64,000 bases of DNA from Promethearchaeota archaeon. GTDB lineage: Archaea > Asgardarchaeota > Hermodarchaeia > Hermodarchaeales > Hermodarchaeaceae. The stretch is taken from contig JBHLPR010000001.1 in assembly GCA_048939245.1 (NCBI GenBank), positions 18,622 to 82,621 of the forward strand. The letters are read 5' to 3'. The position numbers were made by a program, and so were the translations under genes. Numbering within the stretch: the first letter of the stretch is position 1; each line of letters begins with the position of its first letter. Under the pieces are notes generated by a model. That model worked only from the letters and a program-made list of their open reading frames with translations. It had not been told where the DNA came from and ran no database searches. This document shows positions 1-9,815 of the stretch, in pieces.

Positions 1-1
1 T

Positions 2-379
2 CTCGCCATCCTTATCATTTTAGCAATCCAAGATACATTCTTTGCGATTCGACTTGGACCCACCATAGTTGAGGGTGACCCAAAACGACATGCTCGAACA
101 GCCTTTACATTCGTTATAGGCCCTTTAATCATCGGAGTTGGTGATCTCATTGTCTATGCAGCATTAGTGGCCTATTCACTAAGGTATCTTGGCTTCTTGA
201 TTTCAGGACTAACACTTATTGCTATAACCTTCGGTTGTATCATAAATACACAAATCGTTGTCAAATATCCGAATAAGCCAATACCTGGATTACCTGTACC
301 CTTAATATGCGCCCTCGTTCCTATTGGGGTAGGGCTAGCCTTTTCCCTAATCTTCGGAATTATGATTCTGCCTTTCTGA
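2..379 (+). CDS. C-terminal part of a polytopic membrane protein, possibly a presenilin/signal-peptide-peptidase-like GxGD intramembrane protease (5' end outside window)
   Basis: The frame of ORF 167-379 stays open back to the window edge. The sequence is hydrophobic and multi-TM. It has 'IIGVGDLIVYAAL' (GxGD) followed about 50 aa later by 'PGLPVPL' (PAL-like), the spacing seen in presenilin/SPP-family proteases. Confidence 0.4.
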   Translation, partial: LAILIILAIQDTFFAIRLGPTIVEGDPKRHARTAFTFVIGPLIIGVGDLIVYAALVAYSLRYLGFLISGLTLIAITFGCIINTQIVVKYPNKPIPGLPVPLICALVPIGVGLAFSLIFGIMILPF

Positions 380-488
380 AATTAGTACCCTTCATTTTCT
401 AACAATATGGGAAGAAATAGAGAATTCTGAACGAAACCTTTATGCTTCTTTATCGTATGTATCGCTTAGGGAAAAACCTGGGAAGGGT

Positions 489-1079
489 GTGACCGTGTCA
501 GAGAAACTGGCTCCAACAGATGTCCATGAACGTTTCAAAGAGAGGCCCACTGACTTTGGCTTAAAAGTGGTCATGATGGGCGATGGAGCCGTAGGTAAAA
601 CCTCTCTGGTCCTCCGTTACACACAAAACACGTTCTCACCAGAATATAAACAATCACTAGGCGCTAGTTTTGCAGTGAAAGATCTGGAAGTGCAAGAACA
701 AAAAGTCAAATTGGTGATTTGGGATGTCGCCGGACAGCCCTCATTTCGACAAGTCCGACGGCACTATTATAGTGGTGCTCACGGGGCGCTTCTCGTCTTT
801 GATGTTTCAGAGCCCAGCTCCTTTATGACTCTTCGGAATTGGTATAGTGATTTTCGCCGTATTGTTCCAAATGGCGCTGTCGTCCTCATTGGGAACAAAG
901 TGGATTTAGCGGAGAAACGAATGGTCCCCCCCGAAGCGGCTCAAATGTTAAAAAACTGGTGGAATATCCCCTACATTGAAACATCCGCTGCTACTGCTTC
1001 TGGTGTTCAAGATGCATTCCTCCTTCTCTCCAACCACGCGTTAACTCGTGCATTTAGCCAAATCCAAAATCGCGAGTAG
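489..1079 (+). CDS. Ras-superfamily small GTPase, Rab/Ras-like
   Basis: G1 'GDGAVGKT', G3 'WDVAGQ', G4 'GNKVD', G5 'ETSA'. GTG start. No C-terminal Cys/CAAX motif. Confidence 0.9.
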   Translation: MTVSEKLAPTDVHERFKERPTDFGLKVVMMGDGAVGKTSLVLRYTQNTFSPEYKQSLGASFAVKDLEVQEQKVKLVIWDVAGQPSFRQVRRHYYSGAHGALLVFDVSEPSSFMTLRNWYSDFRRIVPNGAVVLIGNKVDLAEKRMVPPEAAQMLKNWWNIPYIETSAATASGVQDAFLLLSNHALTRAFSQIQNRE

Positions 1080-1111
1080 TCCGCTTCAGTTTAGCTCTAT
1101 TTCTCGTTTTC

Positions 1112-1525
1112 TTAGGCGTCATCATGCATTGTTCTAACACATAAGGTCAATCCCTTAAGGTCATACACCCAAATACGTGTATTTGGGGCAATCATTTCAT
1201 TAGCCTGTGCTTTCCATCTTTCGCCCCGAACTACAACAGTTCCCACCCAATGATCCCCTTTTTTACTAAATTCCGTTAAAGCTGTTCCTTCTTGGTTAAT
1301 CAAGGGATCATACACTGGAATCTTAGTACTTGACCAGTATGAATAGATCTTCACAAGGGAAAAAATGACCAAACCAATTGTAACGATAATCATTCCAGAA
1401 ATCAGAAAACTAGGAAGAAAGACAAAAAGGATAATGAATGCGATAATTGCAATGATCGCTTCCTCAATGACGCTGAACAAAATGAATCCATACAAACGGC
1501 GTCGGTCCTTTTCTTGTGTGCTCAT
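1112..1525 (-). CDS. NfeD-family membrane protein
   Basis: N-terminal TM helices, then a C-terminal OB-like segment 'GTVVVRGERWKAQANEMIAPNTRIWVYDLKGLTLCV' typical of the NfeD C-terminal domain. No adjacent SPFH/stomatin gene. Confidence 0.65.
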   Translation of the reverse strand: MSTQEKDRRRLYGFILFSVIEEAIIAIIAFIILFVFLPSFLISGMIIVTIGLVIFSLVKIYSYWSSTKIPVYDPLINQEGTALTEFSKKGDHWVGTVVVRGERWKAQANEMIAPNTRIWVYDLKGLTLCVRTMHDDA

Positions 1526-1667
1526 TTTAATACACCGAAAGTGGCTTGTTAATTTCTTATGATGGTTTACGTGCTAGCAAAAATAACCCTATCGTCATAA
1601 AAAGCTGAGGTATCGGTAGGCTTTTCTTATTTTAGACCAGCATTTACAACTGGAGGTATAGCAGGTC

Positions 1668-2888
1668 ATGGCAGAAGCAGAACTTGAATATGAACTGAAT
1701 CTGTTACGAAAGCTTGTTGAAATTAATACCACCGTGACTAGCGAAAGTCGCATGGGCTATGCTGAATGTTCTGAGATGATTCGGCTGACAGCCCAGCAAC
1801 TGGGACTTGGTACCGAGGTGCTTGATGGGCGTAATGTCACAATTGATGGAGAATCACGCCCCAATGTAATCGTTTCTCTCGAGGGAACCTCGGAAATCGA
1901 TTTACTTTTTGTCACTCATTTAGATGTGGTTCCTGCGGATGAGTCAAAATGGATAACTCCGCCCTTCCGGCTTCGCGTTACCAGTGATCGGGCTTTTGGA
2001 CGAGGTGCAGCTGATGATAAATCGAATATTGTCGCTGCGATGAGCGCTATGAGTGAACTAGCGAAAGGAGAACCAGAAATCAACATCAAACTCCTAGTTA
2101 CTGTTGATGAAGAAATAGGGGGTCGAGCTGGAATCGGCTACCTTTTTGATGATATTGGCATTCATGGACATGCGGGTGTTGTCATCGATAGTGCGCCGAA
2201 TTATATTAGCATTGGAGCAAGTGGTGCCCTATGGGGGCGGTTCATCGTAAAAGGTGAAGGCGGTCATAGTGGTTACCCTGAACAAGCTGATAATGCAATC
2301 TATAGGGCCACTAGGTTTATTGAAAAACTCAAGCGCTACCATTCGAATGTTTCGAAAATCCGCAGCAAACTACAAGCACCACCCGAAGCCCCCTATTCGA
2401 AGGTCCATGGGCGGTTCACCGTCACCATGTTGCATGCAGGGGAAAAAGAGAATGTCATTCCTGGTGAATGTGAAGTTCGATTCGACCGACGATTGATCCC
2501 AGAAGAAGATGCTAAGCAAGCGGAAGATAGTTTACAGAATTATATAAACGAATTAGCAGAAAAAGAGGAAACCACCATTGCGGATTTTAAGATTCTCAAC
2601 AAGGTAGCTGGATATCATACTGATGCAAAGCACCCATTTGTACGCCACTTCTCTAAAATCACTAAAACGGTGGTAGGTAAATCCTTGCCTCTTGCTGCAG
2701 ATCTGGGTGGAAATGACGGTGCCCATCTGGCACAAGCTGGTATCCCCGTGGTTTGTTTTGGGACAATTCGTCATGACACAAACTATCATAACCATAATGA
2801 ATTCGTTTATCTGAAAGACCTTCAAGTTGTTCGGGATGTTCTGATCGAGTTGGGTAATAGTCCTGCAAGTGATTTCAATTCTCTCTAA
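1668..2888 (+). CDS. M20-family metallopeptidase/deacylase (ArgE/DapE/CPG2-like)
   Basis: Metal-ligand motifs 'THLDVVPA', 'GRGAADDK', 'VDEEIGG'. Length 406 aa. Confidence 0.85.
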   Translation: MAEAELEYELNLLRKLVEINTTVTSESRMGYAECSEMIRLTAQQLGLGTEVLDGRNVTIDGESRPNVIVSLEGTSEIDLLFVTHLDVVPADESKWITPPFRLRVTSDRAFGRGAADDKSNIVAAMSAMSELAKGEPEINIKLLVTVDEEIGGRAGIGYLFDDIGIHGHAGVVIDSAPNYISIGASGALWGRFIVKGEGGHSGYPEQADNAIYRATRFIEKLKRYHSNVSKIRSKLQAPPEAPYSKVHGRFTVTMLHAGEKENVIPGECEVRFDRRLIPEEDAKQAEDSLQNYINELAEKEETTIADFKILNKVAGYHTDAKHPFVRHFSKITKTVVGKSLPLAADLGGNDGAHLAQAGIPVVCFGTIRHDTNYHNHNEFVYLKDLQVVRDVLIELGNSPASDFNSL

Positions 2889-2905
2889 TACCCCCCAGTA
2901 CGCTT

Positions 2906-2958
2906 ATAAGGCGCGTAAATTCTTCTCAAAATCAAACTCACAGGTATCCGCGCCTTAT
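2906..2958. repeat. Perfect 10-bp inverted repeat (ATAAGGCGCG / CGCGCCTTAT) with a 33-nt spacer
   Basis: Read directly: 2906-2915 is the reverse complement of 2949-2958. It begins 18 nt after the M20 stop codon, in the 235-nt gap before top6B. The 10-mer TTCTCAAAAT also occurs twice (2923-2932 and about 3006-3015). Confidence 0.5.
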
Positions 2959-3123
2959 TATTATGGCGCCAGCAACTTTAAACCTAGCAAGAAGGAGTCT
3001 CAAGATATTCTCAAAATATCAGAGACGTCTTCTAACCTTAACACAAAGATTTAAGGTATCCTCTTCATTGTCAACCCAGTCAACGGTTTTAGTCGGTGCC
3101 TAATTCCAAGCGGGGTAATAAAG

Positions 3124-5013
3124 ATGGGAAAAACCACACCAAAAGCTAAACCTAAGGCAGCTCCACTCTCTGAGCAGAATAGCGTGATTCGTCGTGGTGA
3201 AGTCGCAGAGTTCTTTCGAAAACGTACCCAACTCGTCGGCTTTTCCATGGAGATGCACAAATTCACCCAGTACTGTGCAGAGTTTAGTGATAATGGTCTT
3301 GATGCGATTGAGACCTATTATTGGCAGCGAGTAGCTAAGCCCAAAAAGAAAAGTTCAATACCATTGCTGCTTCCTAAACTTCCTGAACAAGTATCCTATA
3401 CATCAGTTCCACAACCGTTAAAGACAACTCGGCGTCCAACCTCAGCGAACGCCATCTCTGAACGCATCAAATTACTGGCTACTCCGATCCGATCCATCAT
3501 CAATAATGAACCCATACTACTCATGGTACTTCAAGAGCTTGAAAAGCCCGAAATTCTACCTGACGAAGTCGCTGGAAGAAACCTAATGATGTATAGCTTT
3601 GAATCCCTGGATACTGGAATCGGGATGACAAAGCGCGACCTTCAACAATATGGTCTTTATCTGGCAAGCAGTAAAAGTTTCAAACTATGTCAGACGCGAG
3701 GCAGTCAGGGATTTGGTGCATCCAGCGCATTCAGCGATTCGCAAAATACGACAGGACGCCCTATAGTTGTGGCCACTCGTCACCCAGCAAATCGCCAAGG
3801 ATATGCATCGATTTTCTTCACCACAAGTAAAAACAAGAAAGATTATCTGTTGAAAGAAACCCCAACGCCAATGTCATTCAACCACGGAACTTATCTCCAG
3901 CTTTCGTTTCTCAATCTTCCTTATCGCCGAGGATATGCAGATGAATATGTTCGCCAAACCTCCTATCTGAATGCCCATGTCAATATCATTTTCATTGACC
4001 CCTATGGTGACATCTACATCTATCCTCGTCGCGTACGCGAATTTGTCCGTGAACCTAATTATGCAATGCCACACCCTGCATCCACAAGCATCGGAGACTT
4101 TCAAGATCTGATTCGAAACACCACACAAACCTCCCTAACCGATTTCCTGTCCAAGAGTTATTGTCGACTCAGCAGACGCAAAGCCAAACAAATAATTAAC
4201 AAAGCTGCAAAACAGCTGCGAAGCGACCCAATCAATTCGCAACACTCACCGAAGCAGCTCTCACAAGCCCAACTCAAAGCCCTCTATGCTAGTTTCATCT
4301 CTGAGAAATATTATGCACCACCAACGGAAACAGTGGTCCCCGTGGGAGAAGAGGTGATACGAAGAACCTTACAAGAAATTTTTGTAGCAGAATTTGTTGA
4401 AGCTGTGAGTCGCCCCCCAACCAGTAGTAAGGGATTAGCTTTCGCAGTTGAGGTGGCGGCGGTATATGATCCTAAGCTTTCTAATCAATCCGGAGTTGGT
4501 GTTCTATATCGATTTGTAAACCGGACACCCAAACTTCGTGACAATTCTGACTGTGCCATCTGGAAAGCCGCATCCTCGGTAAATTGGCGAAACTATCGAA
4601 TGGATGTTGCGAGTAATGGGTTACCAACGGGGTCAGTACGGTTATTCGCTAACGTAGTTGGTCCTTTTGTACATCTAATCTTTAAGGCGCAATCTAAGCA
4701 AGCCCTTGCTGAAGATGATATCCTTATGCGTGAATTGAAGCTGGCTTTTGAAGAGGTTGGTCGAAAACTCCGTCGTCATATTGTCCGTGTCATTGCTCGA
4801 CGTGAACAAGAACGTCGTGCGGATGTTCTCCTTCGGTATTCGCGAAAGGTGGCTCAATCCCTCGTGAATATACAACAAACTGATCCCAAAATGTCAAAGA
4901 AGCATCTCAAAGCACTTCCCAAACAACTGGAGCAGGTGATAATTCAAGTTGCAGGAATTGATCCCTCTAAATTGTCTCCTATTGAAGAAGCAGAGGAGGT
5001 GGCTACCGAATGA
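3124..5013 (+). CDS. top6B: DNA topoisomerase VI subunit B
   Basis: N-terminal 'VAEFFRKRTQLVGF', Bergerat-fold N-box 'EFSDNGLDAIE', and 'LDTGIGM'. The stop overlaps the top6A start (ATGA at 5010-5013). Confidence 0.85.
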   Translation: MGKTTPKAKPKAAPLSEQNSVIRRGEVAEFFRKRTQLVGFSMEMHKFTQYCAEFSDNGLDAIETYYWQRVAKPKKKSSIPLLLPKLPEQVSYTSVPQPLKTTRRPTSANAISERIKLLATPIRSIINNEPILLMVLQELEKPEILPDEVAGRNLMMYSFESLDTGIGMTKRDLQQYGLYLASSKSFKLCQTRGSQGFGASSAFSDSQNTTGRPIVVATRHPANRQGYASIFFTTSKNKKDYLLKETPTPMSFNHGTYLQLSFLNLPYRRGYADEYVRQTSYLNAHVNIIFIDPYGDIYIYPRRVREFVREPNYAMPHPASTSIGDFQDLIRNTTQTSLTDFLSKSYCRLSRRKAKQIINKAAKQLRSDPINSQHSPKQLSQAQLKALYASFISEKYYAPPTETVVPVGEEVIRRTLQEIFVAEFVEAVSRPPTSSKGLAFAVEVAAVYDPKLSNQSGVGVLYRFVNRTPKLRDNSDCAIWKAASSVNWRNYRMDVASNGLPTGSVRLFANVVGPFVHLIFKAQSKQALAEDDILMRELKLAFEEVGRKLRRHIVRVIARREQERRADVLLRYSRKVAQSLVNIQQTDPKMSKKHLKALPKQLEQVIIQVAGIDPSKLSPIEEAEEVATE

Positions 5014-6242
5014 GTTCACCTAATGGTCGACGTCATTCCAGCAAAGGCACATCCTTAGACGACCATATTTCCGAAACAGTGACTTCTACTAGGAAATTTA
5101 CAGCCGTACAAAAACTTCAAGATAGCCTTCAAGGCACGCGAACTATCGAAAAGCTTCCACGTGGAGTTAAACTTGTTACAGAAAAAGACGCTGAAAGTTT
5201 ACATAACGAAATCCACACTCTTATGCGCGCTCTTATTAAGGAGATTAAAAAGGGCAAGCCTCCCTCCTTAGAATTGCCGCTACGGGGAAGTAATAACATA
5301 ATCTGGGATGAAGAAAATGATCTACTGCTTCTAGGCGAAAAGACCACAATCCGGTCGCTTGGCAGCCTTCGCACAGCTAAAGATGTCACCCGGCTAATTC
5401 GGGTCTTAGAAATTGTACATGAATTATTGGAAAAAGATATCCATGCAACAAAGCGAGAAATCTTCTATAACGATGTGAGACTCTTTCAGGAACAACGCCA
5501 AAGTGATAACGCTATTGATGATATTGGTCCTCTCTTAGGCACAAATCGCGAGTCAACCCATATCGTGGCCAGTGCCAAGGGAACTGTGTTAGGCCGGTTA
5601 ATCCTTCAGGATAGTGGTGATCGCATTGATTGCACTCGACTAGGAACTGGTGGCTGGTCGATTACTCCCTTTCTTGACCGAGTAGAAATCGTTGAATCTG
5701 ATGCAGAATTCCTCCTTATAGTTGAGAAAGATGCGGCCATGCTTCGATTAAGTGAGGTCAAATGGTGGAATAAACATCCCTGTATCCTATTAACCGCCAA
5801 AGGTTCTCCTGACATCGCTAGTCGAATCTTTGCCCGACGTTTATCTAAAGAACTCAAAATGCCTGCATTCACTTTGGTAGACGCAGATCCCTTTGGACAC
5901 TATATTCACAGTGTTTATCTTCGGGGTAGTAAACGCTTGAGCTATGAAAGTCCTTTTCTAGCGACTCCCGATCTCCGGCTCTTGGGGGTCCTTGGCCGAG
6001 ACCTTGATGAATATAATGTCCCCAAAGAATGTCGTCTTCGCATGACCCCTCAGGATATCAAACGGGCAAAAGCTGTGATGAAAGAACCTTTTGTTGCTCA
6101 AAACCGTAAATGGATGGCCGATATTCGACTTATGGTCAAACGGAAAGAAAAAGCAGAAATCCAAGCACTTAGCAGTCACGGCTTTGAGTTCCTCGCTGAA
6201 ACCTATCTCCCAACAAAATTGGAAACCGGCGATTGGATTTAG
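5010..6242 (+). CDS. top6A: DNA topoisomerase VI subunit A (Spo11 family)
   Basis: 'KREIFYND' (catalytic Tyr region). Toprim motifs 'LLIVEKDA', 'LLTAKGSPD', 'DADPFGHYI'. Confidence 0.9.
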   Translation: MSSPNGRRHSSKGTSLDDHISETVTSTRKFTAVQKLQDSLQGTRTIEKLPRGVKLVTEKDAESLHNEIHTLMRALIKEIKKGKPPSLELPLRGSNNIIWDEENDLLLLGEKTTIRSLGSLRTAKDVTRLIRVLEIVHELLEKDIHATKREIFYNDVRLFQEQRQSDNAIDDIGPLLGTNRESTHIVASAKGTVLGRLILQDSGDRIDCTRLGTGGWSITPFLDRVEIVESDAEFLLIVEKDAAMLRLSEVKWWNKHPCILLTAKGSPDIASRIFARRLSKELKMPAFTLVDADPFGHYIHSVYLRGSKRLSYESPFLATPDLRLLGVLGRDLDEYNVPKECRLRMTPQDIKRAKAVMKEPFVAQNRKWMADIRLMVKRKEKAEIQALSSHGFEFLAETYLPTKLETGDWI

Positions 6243-6280
6243 GCTTCAGTATGGCTTGAAAAACTCCCAACGTCTTGATG

Positions 6281-8302
6281 CTATTGGGTCGCTGAACTAA
6301 AAAGGGACTCAAGGAGCATAGATGAACAGATCCACTCCTGCCCTACGGTTTTGAATAAAGCTAGAGGGAGTTCATGAATCTGAGGTAGCTTCTCTGATAT
6401 GATTAGGGGAGTGATTTGGACTGAATCATGGAAGTTTATTACCTCTTGAAATACTGTTGAAAAGGGTACTAATGCACCTAAAGGAAGATTGACAGTAAGA
6501 AGGAATTTGGTAGGCTTTTCATCTTGTTTGGTAGCTAGCTGCCAAACTTGGTAAGCAGGTAATAATCGAAGTCCTGCTATGAGGTGTTTGCAGGATTCCG
6601 TTGAAAAACACTCTACTAGTACAATGACGCTTTCGGGTAAGGGTGGGTTGGTGAATCCAAGGTAGGGAGTAACGACATCTGGGATAAATCGATTATAATG
6701 ATTTGCTGCGGTTGTAATTGAAGTTTGGGCGGTCTCAGCTAGTTGGCGTTGGCTAATTCGCATGTTATTTTGAAGTATCAGAAGCACACGTAATGCTTCT
6801 CGGGTTAGTTTGACAGAGTCGGTTTCATACCGAATCGAGTTTATTGAACTAAATTTTGAATCTTCAGATCGAAGAACACTGCTTGCTAGGATCTTCCATT
6901 CAACGGGAGAGAATTTCTCCCAATAAGTGAAGCCTAATCCCCATTCAAAGCGATTGACTCGAAACAATCGGGTTGATACTCCTGTGTCTTGTTCCCATTG
7001 TTCCAGATTGTGTAGAAACTTAGGAATTGCGTTGTCAGGTAAGGCGAGAAGTGAAAATAATGTTGTACTGGTTAATGATACAGGCACATTAAGTCGGAAA
7101 CAATACGGGAATGTACTTAGTTGTTGATGAAGGTTAGCGACAAGGGCGTGCCTGAGCGGTTCCTTGATTGCTGCTTGTGCCATGAGAAAAAGTGGCGTGA
7201 GCCCGAGTTTGTTGTAGTTCACTTCTCCTGCTACTTGAATACCAAACTGGTCTTCTAAAGTCAGAAGATTGCGATTGATTGTGCCACGAGCGAGTTGAGT
7301 TATTTTTGCTAGTTGGCGTTCACTGGTCATCGGATTCTTTGCTAGAGTAAGAAGGATTTGTTGTTGAATTTTCGTAATGGTCGGAACTTGTTCAATTCTG
7401 CCCAATTCTTGCTGTGTCATAATTGTAAAAGAACCCGTTGGGACTCTGGAAACAAAGCTATCGATTCGCTTTAGGCGCTTGTAGATGGATGGGAGACGCT
7501 TTTCTTCTATCAGTGTTGGAGTAATAGTTGATATTGTCGATACCCATTGATTCTGTTCTGGTGTGGGTTGAGTACCATTCCACCTAATCTCTGACCAAAG
7601 CTGGCCTTCAGTCTGACCCAAGAGTTTAGTGACGAGAATATTTGCAAATTCTTGGACATCCATGGCATCCTGAAAGCTGGTCGGAAGAAACACTCGTACA
7701 GCATCACGCAACACCAAACCCTTACTCACAGCAGGAAGAAAAAGAAATGGTGGCTGCACATTCACCATATTTGCTTCACGATGATAGGTAGTTCCCCACC
7801 ATTCATGCTCTGATACAAAGAATGAAGTTAGACTGGGGGTTGGTTTTGAGTTCCATTTGGTTTTGAAAAGTGTACGAAGAACATGAAGGCCTTCCTGGAA
7901 GTGTTTTGTAAGGGTTCGAAGTTCATACCGCCAAAATGTGCTCGGATCAAAAGCTTCTTGGGTAAGCTTATGAATTTGGCTCAGAAGCTTTTTGGGAACC
8001 GGTTTATGAAGGAGAATATCAGGGTTCTGGAAAAAATTGAACTCGTCAAGGAATGCTATTAACTCAGATGGTTTGGGCTTTGTTTCATTGATCGCCTTTG
8101 CGATTAAACAGGCGCTATAGCGTGCTGTAGCTCTCTGTTGTCCCATCGCGTCGGGAAATTCAAGAGGGCGTTTGAGTAATTCCTCTAAAATTCGGGGATC
8201 TCCCTGAAACGTATCCGGAGCGACTGCAGAGACCCACAGCATAGTATCGCTGGGTTGGATGGCTTTCTTAAACCATGTTCGCAACATCGTCTCTGAAGTC
8301 AT
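6281..8302 (-). CDS. Large protein with two Lrp/AsnC-like HTH+RAM modules and an unrecognised ~300-aa N-terminal region
   Basis: Module 1: 'ITKIQQQILLTLAKNPMTSERQLAKITQLARGTINRNLLTLEDQFGI' plus 'NYNKLGLTPLFLMAQ'. Module 2: 'LTREALRVLLILQNNMRISQRQLAETAQTSITTAANHYNRF' plus 'ESVIVLVEC'. Confidence 0.55.
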   Translation of the reverse strand: MTSETMLRTWFKKAIQPSDTMLWVSAVAPDTFQGDPRILEELLKRPLEFPDAMGQQRATARYSACLIAKAINETKPKPSELIAFLDEFNFFQNPDILLHKPVPKKLLSQIHKLTQEAFDPSTFWRYELRTLTKHFQEGLHVLRTLFKTKWNSKPTPSLTSFFVSEHEWWGTTYHREANMVNVQPPFLFLPAVSKGLVLRDAVRVFLPTSFQDAMDVQEFANILVTKLLGQTEGQLWSEIRWNGTQPTPEQNQWVSTISTITPTLIEEKRLPSIYKRLKRIDSFVSRVPTGSFTIMTQQELGRIEQVPTITKIQQQILLTLAKNPMTSERQLAKITQLARGTINRNLLTLEDQFGIQVAGEVNYNKLGLTPLFLMAQAAIKEPLRHALVANLHQQLSTFPYCFRLNVPVSLTSTTLFSLLALPDNAIPKFLHNLEQWEQDTGVSTRLFRVNRFEWGLGFTYWEKFSPVEWKILASSVLRSEDSKFSSINSIRYETDSVKLTREALRVLLILQNNMRISQRQLAETAQTSITTAANHYNRFIPDVVTPYLGFTNPPLPESVIVLVECFSTESCKHLIAGLRLLPAYQVWQLATKQDEKPTKFLLTVNLPLGALVPFSTVFQEVINFHDSVQITPLIISEKLPQIHELPLALFKTVGQEWICSSMLLESLFSSATQ

Positions 8303-8418
8303 AAGGAACTCACTTAATATCTATCATGACTACGAACCGGGTAAAAAGGAAAGGGGTAGGGCAATGATTTCCTTGGGGCTTGTCCCAAGAAGCCATTCGC
8401 CCTTAATATACCGCTAAG

Positions 8419-9171
8419 CTAGTCGACATCAACTTCGATACGACGGAGAAGATGAAGAATCTTGGTCTCAACAGAGTTGATGTTTGGAATATTATCAAGC
8501 ATGATAGCTGTTTTTCGTCCCGGAATAGTGAAGGTTAATCGACCAGAACGTAACAAGAGATACTCGAAAAGGTCTCGAATTTCCTTGTGCACCATAACAT
8601 TAGTCGTCCCATAACGTTCAACATCCCCCAGGATTCCTTTCTTATAGATGATTTCGTTCGGAGTGATTCTAAAGTAATACATTCGGGTTTTAATCCAAGA
8701 AAGGAATATTACGAATACGAAAACAAAGAAGAAGGCGGTATAGGCTTCAACGCTTATGTAAAGTCGAAGAGATGACGGGTTAATCAAGAAGAGATAGCCA
8801 TACCAGGTAAAGACCAGAACCACGATCAGGACTATGATGACAAGAACAAGTGCTAAGGCAACTATAACTGATTTTCCGAATTCAAAAGTTACAATGAGTA
8901 AATTGAAGAAAAACATTACAAACCAAATGAATGCGATTGAGAAGAGCCATGTTTCGCGAAGGTTAGGATCTAAAATGAGGGCAGGGATAAGGTAGGTTAC
9001 AATGGAAAGAATAAGTGATACAAATAGCATTGGGTAGAATAGGACGGTTTTGGGGTATTCGCGTACTGTAACATCTTCGACTTCCATTTGAATTTCCTTT
9101 TGTGGCAGTTCTTCAGTAGGTATTGGTTCGTCATTTTCCCAAGTTTCATCAGACATTGTATATTTCACCAA
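8419..9171 (-). CDS. Membrane protein with C-terminal bacterial-type PH (bPH_2/YdbT-like) domain
   Basis: Four or more TM helices, then 'ITPNEIIYKKGILGDVERYGTTNVMVHKEIRDLFEYLLLRSGRLTFTIPG', which matches the bPH_2 pattern. Confidence 0.6.
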   Translation of the reverse strand: MVKYTMSDETWENDEPIPTEELPQKEIQMEVEDVTVREYPKTVLFYPMLFVSLILSIVTYLIPALILDPNLRETWLFSIAFIWFVMFFFNLLIVTFEFGKSVIVALALVLVIIVLIVVLVFTWYGYLFLINPSSLRLYISVEAYTAFFFVFVFVIFLSWIKTRMYYFRITPNEIIYKKGILGDVERYGTTNVMVHKEIRDLFEYLLLRSGRLTFTIPGRKTAIMLDNIPNINSVETKILHLLRRIEVDVD

Positions 9172-9231
9172 AAGCTAGTGTGTGTCGATTTGGTGTTTCT
9201 AGGCGCTAATCCTCTGGAACCTACTTAATCT

Positions 9232-9795
9232 TTACTCCGAACTTGGCTTCTCTCTCTTATATCTTAGTAAAATTGGGTCAATGACTCCCTGGGCTAGTAT
9301 GATTGCGACTACTATCCAAATTCCGGCTTGGATTCCATCAACACTTGCTGTTATTGCGGCAATAGTGGTTGGAAGACCAAAGATTAGCACTTCGATTGAG
9401 AATGTAGGTAGGAATCCTCCAATGATAACCACAGCTAGAATACATGTTACGATCCAGGATAATTGGTTGAGTTTGTGGCGATAATAGGTTGGAATACCAG
9501 TGCTTATTCCAAGTGCAATATTACCTATAAGTGGAATCAAAAACGGCTCCCATAATGCTCCACTTATCCCAACGAAAATTCCACATAGAATTCCACCAAG
9601 GGGACCTAATATAATGCCTGCAAGAAGTGGAATGATAAAGCCGGGTGTGAGAGTAACGTAAGGTGAAAAAGTGGGAATAGCTACTTGGCGAAGAACGATT
9701 CCAACTGCTGAGAAAATCGCGAGTATTCCAATCCAAATTGAAAGAGGAAAAATTCCCACATGGGAGGGTTGAAAAGTCGGATTTGTAGAAGCCAA
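9232..9795 (-). CDS. Integral membrane protein (ECF-transporter S-component-like; uncertain)
   Basis: About six hydrophobic helices, Gly-rich 'PLLAGIILGPLGGILCGIFVGISGAL'. No catalytic motif. Confidence 0.35.
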   Translation of the reverse strand: MASTNPTFQPSHVGIFPLSIWIGILAIFSAVGIVLRQVAIPTFSPYVTLTPGFIIPLLAGIILGPLGGILCGIFVGISGALWEPFLIPLIGNIALGISTGIPTYYRHKLNQLSWIVTCILAVVIIGGFLPTFSIEVLIFGLPTTIAAITASVDGIQAGIWIVVAIILAQGVIDPILLRYKREKPSSE

Positions 9796-9815
9796 TAGCT
9801 TCCCTCCCCAAGCAA

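Noticed and set aside
2869-3054. A 61-aa ORF overlapping the end of the M20 gene and the intergenic repeat region.
   Set aside because: It overlaps the M20 stop region out of frame, is low-complexity and S/K/N-rich, and has no ribosome-binding or promoter context.
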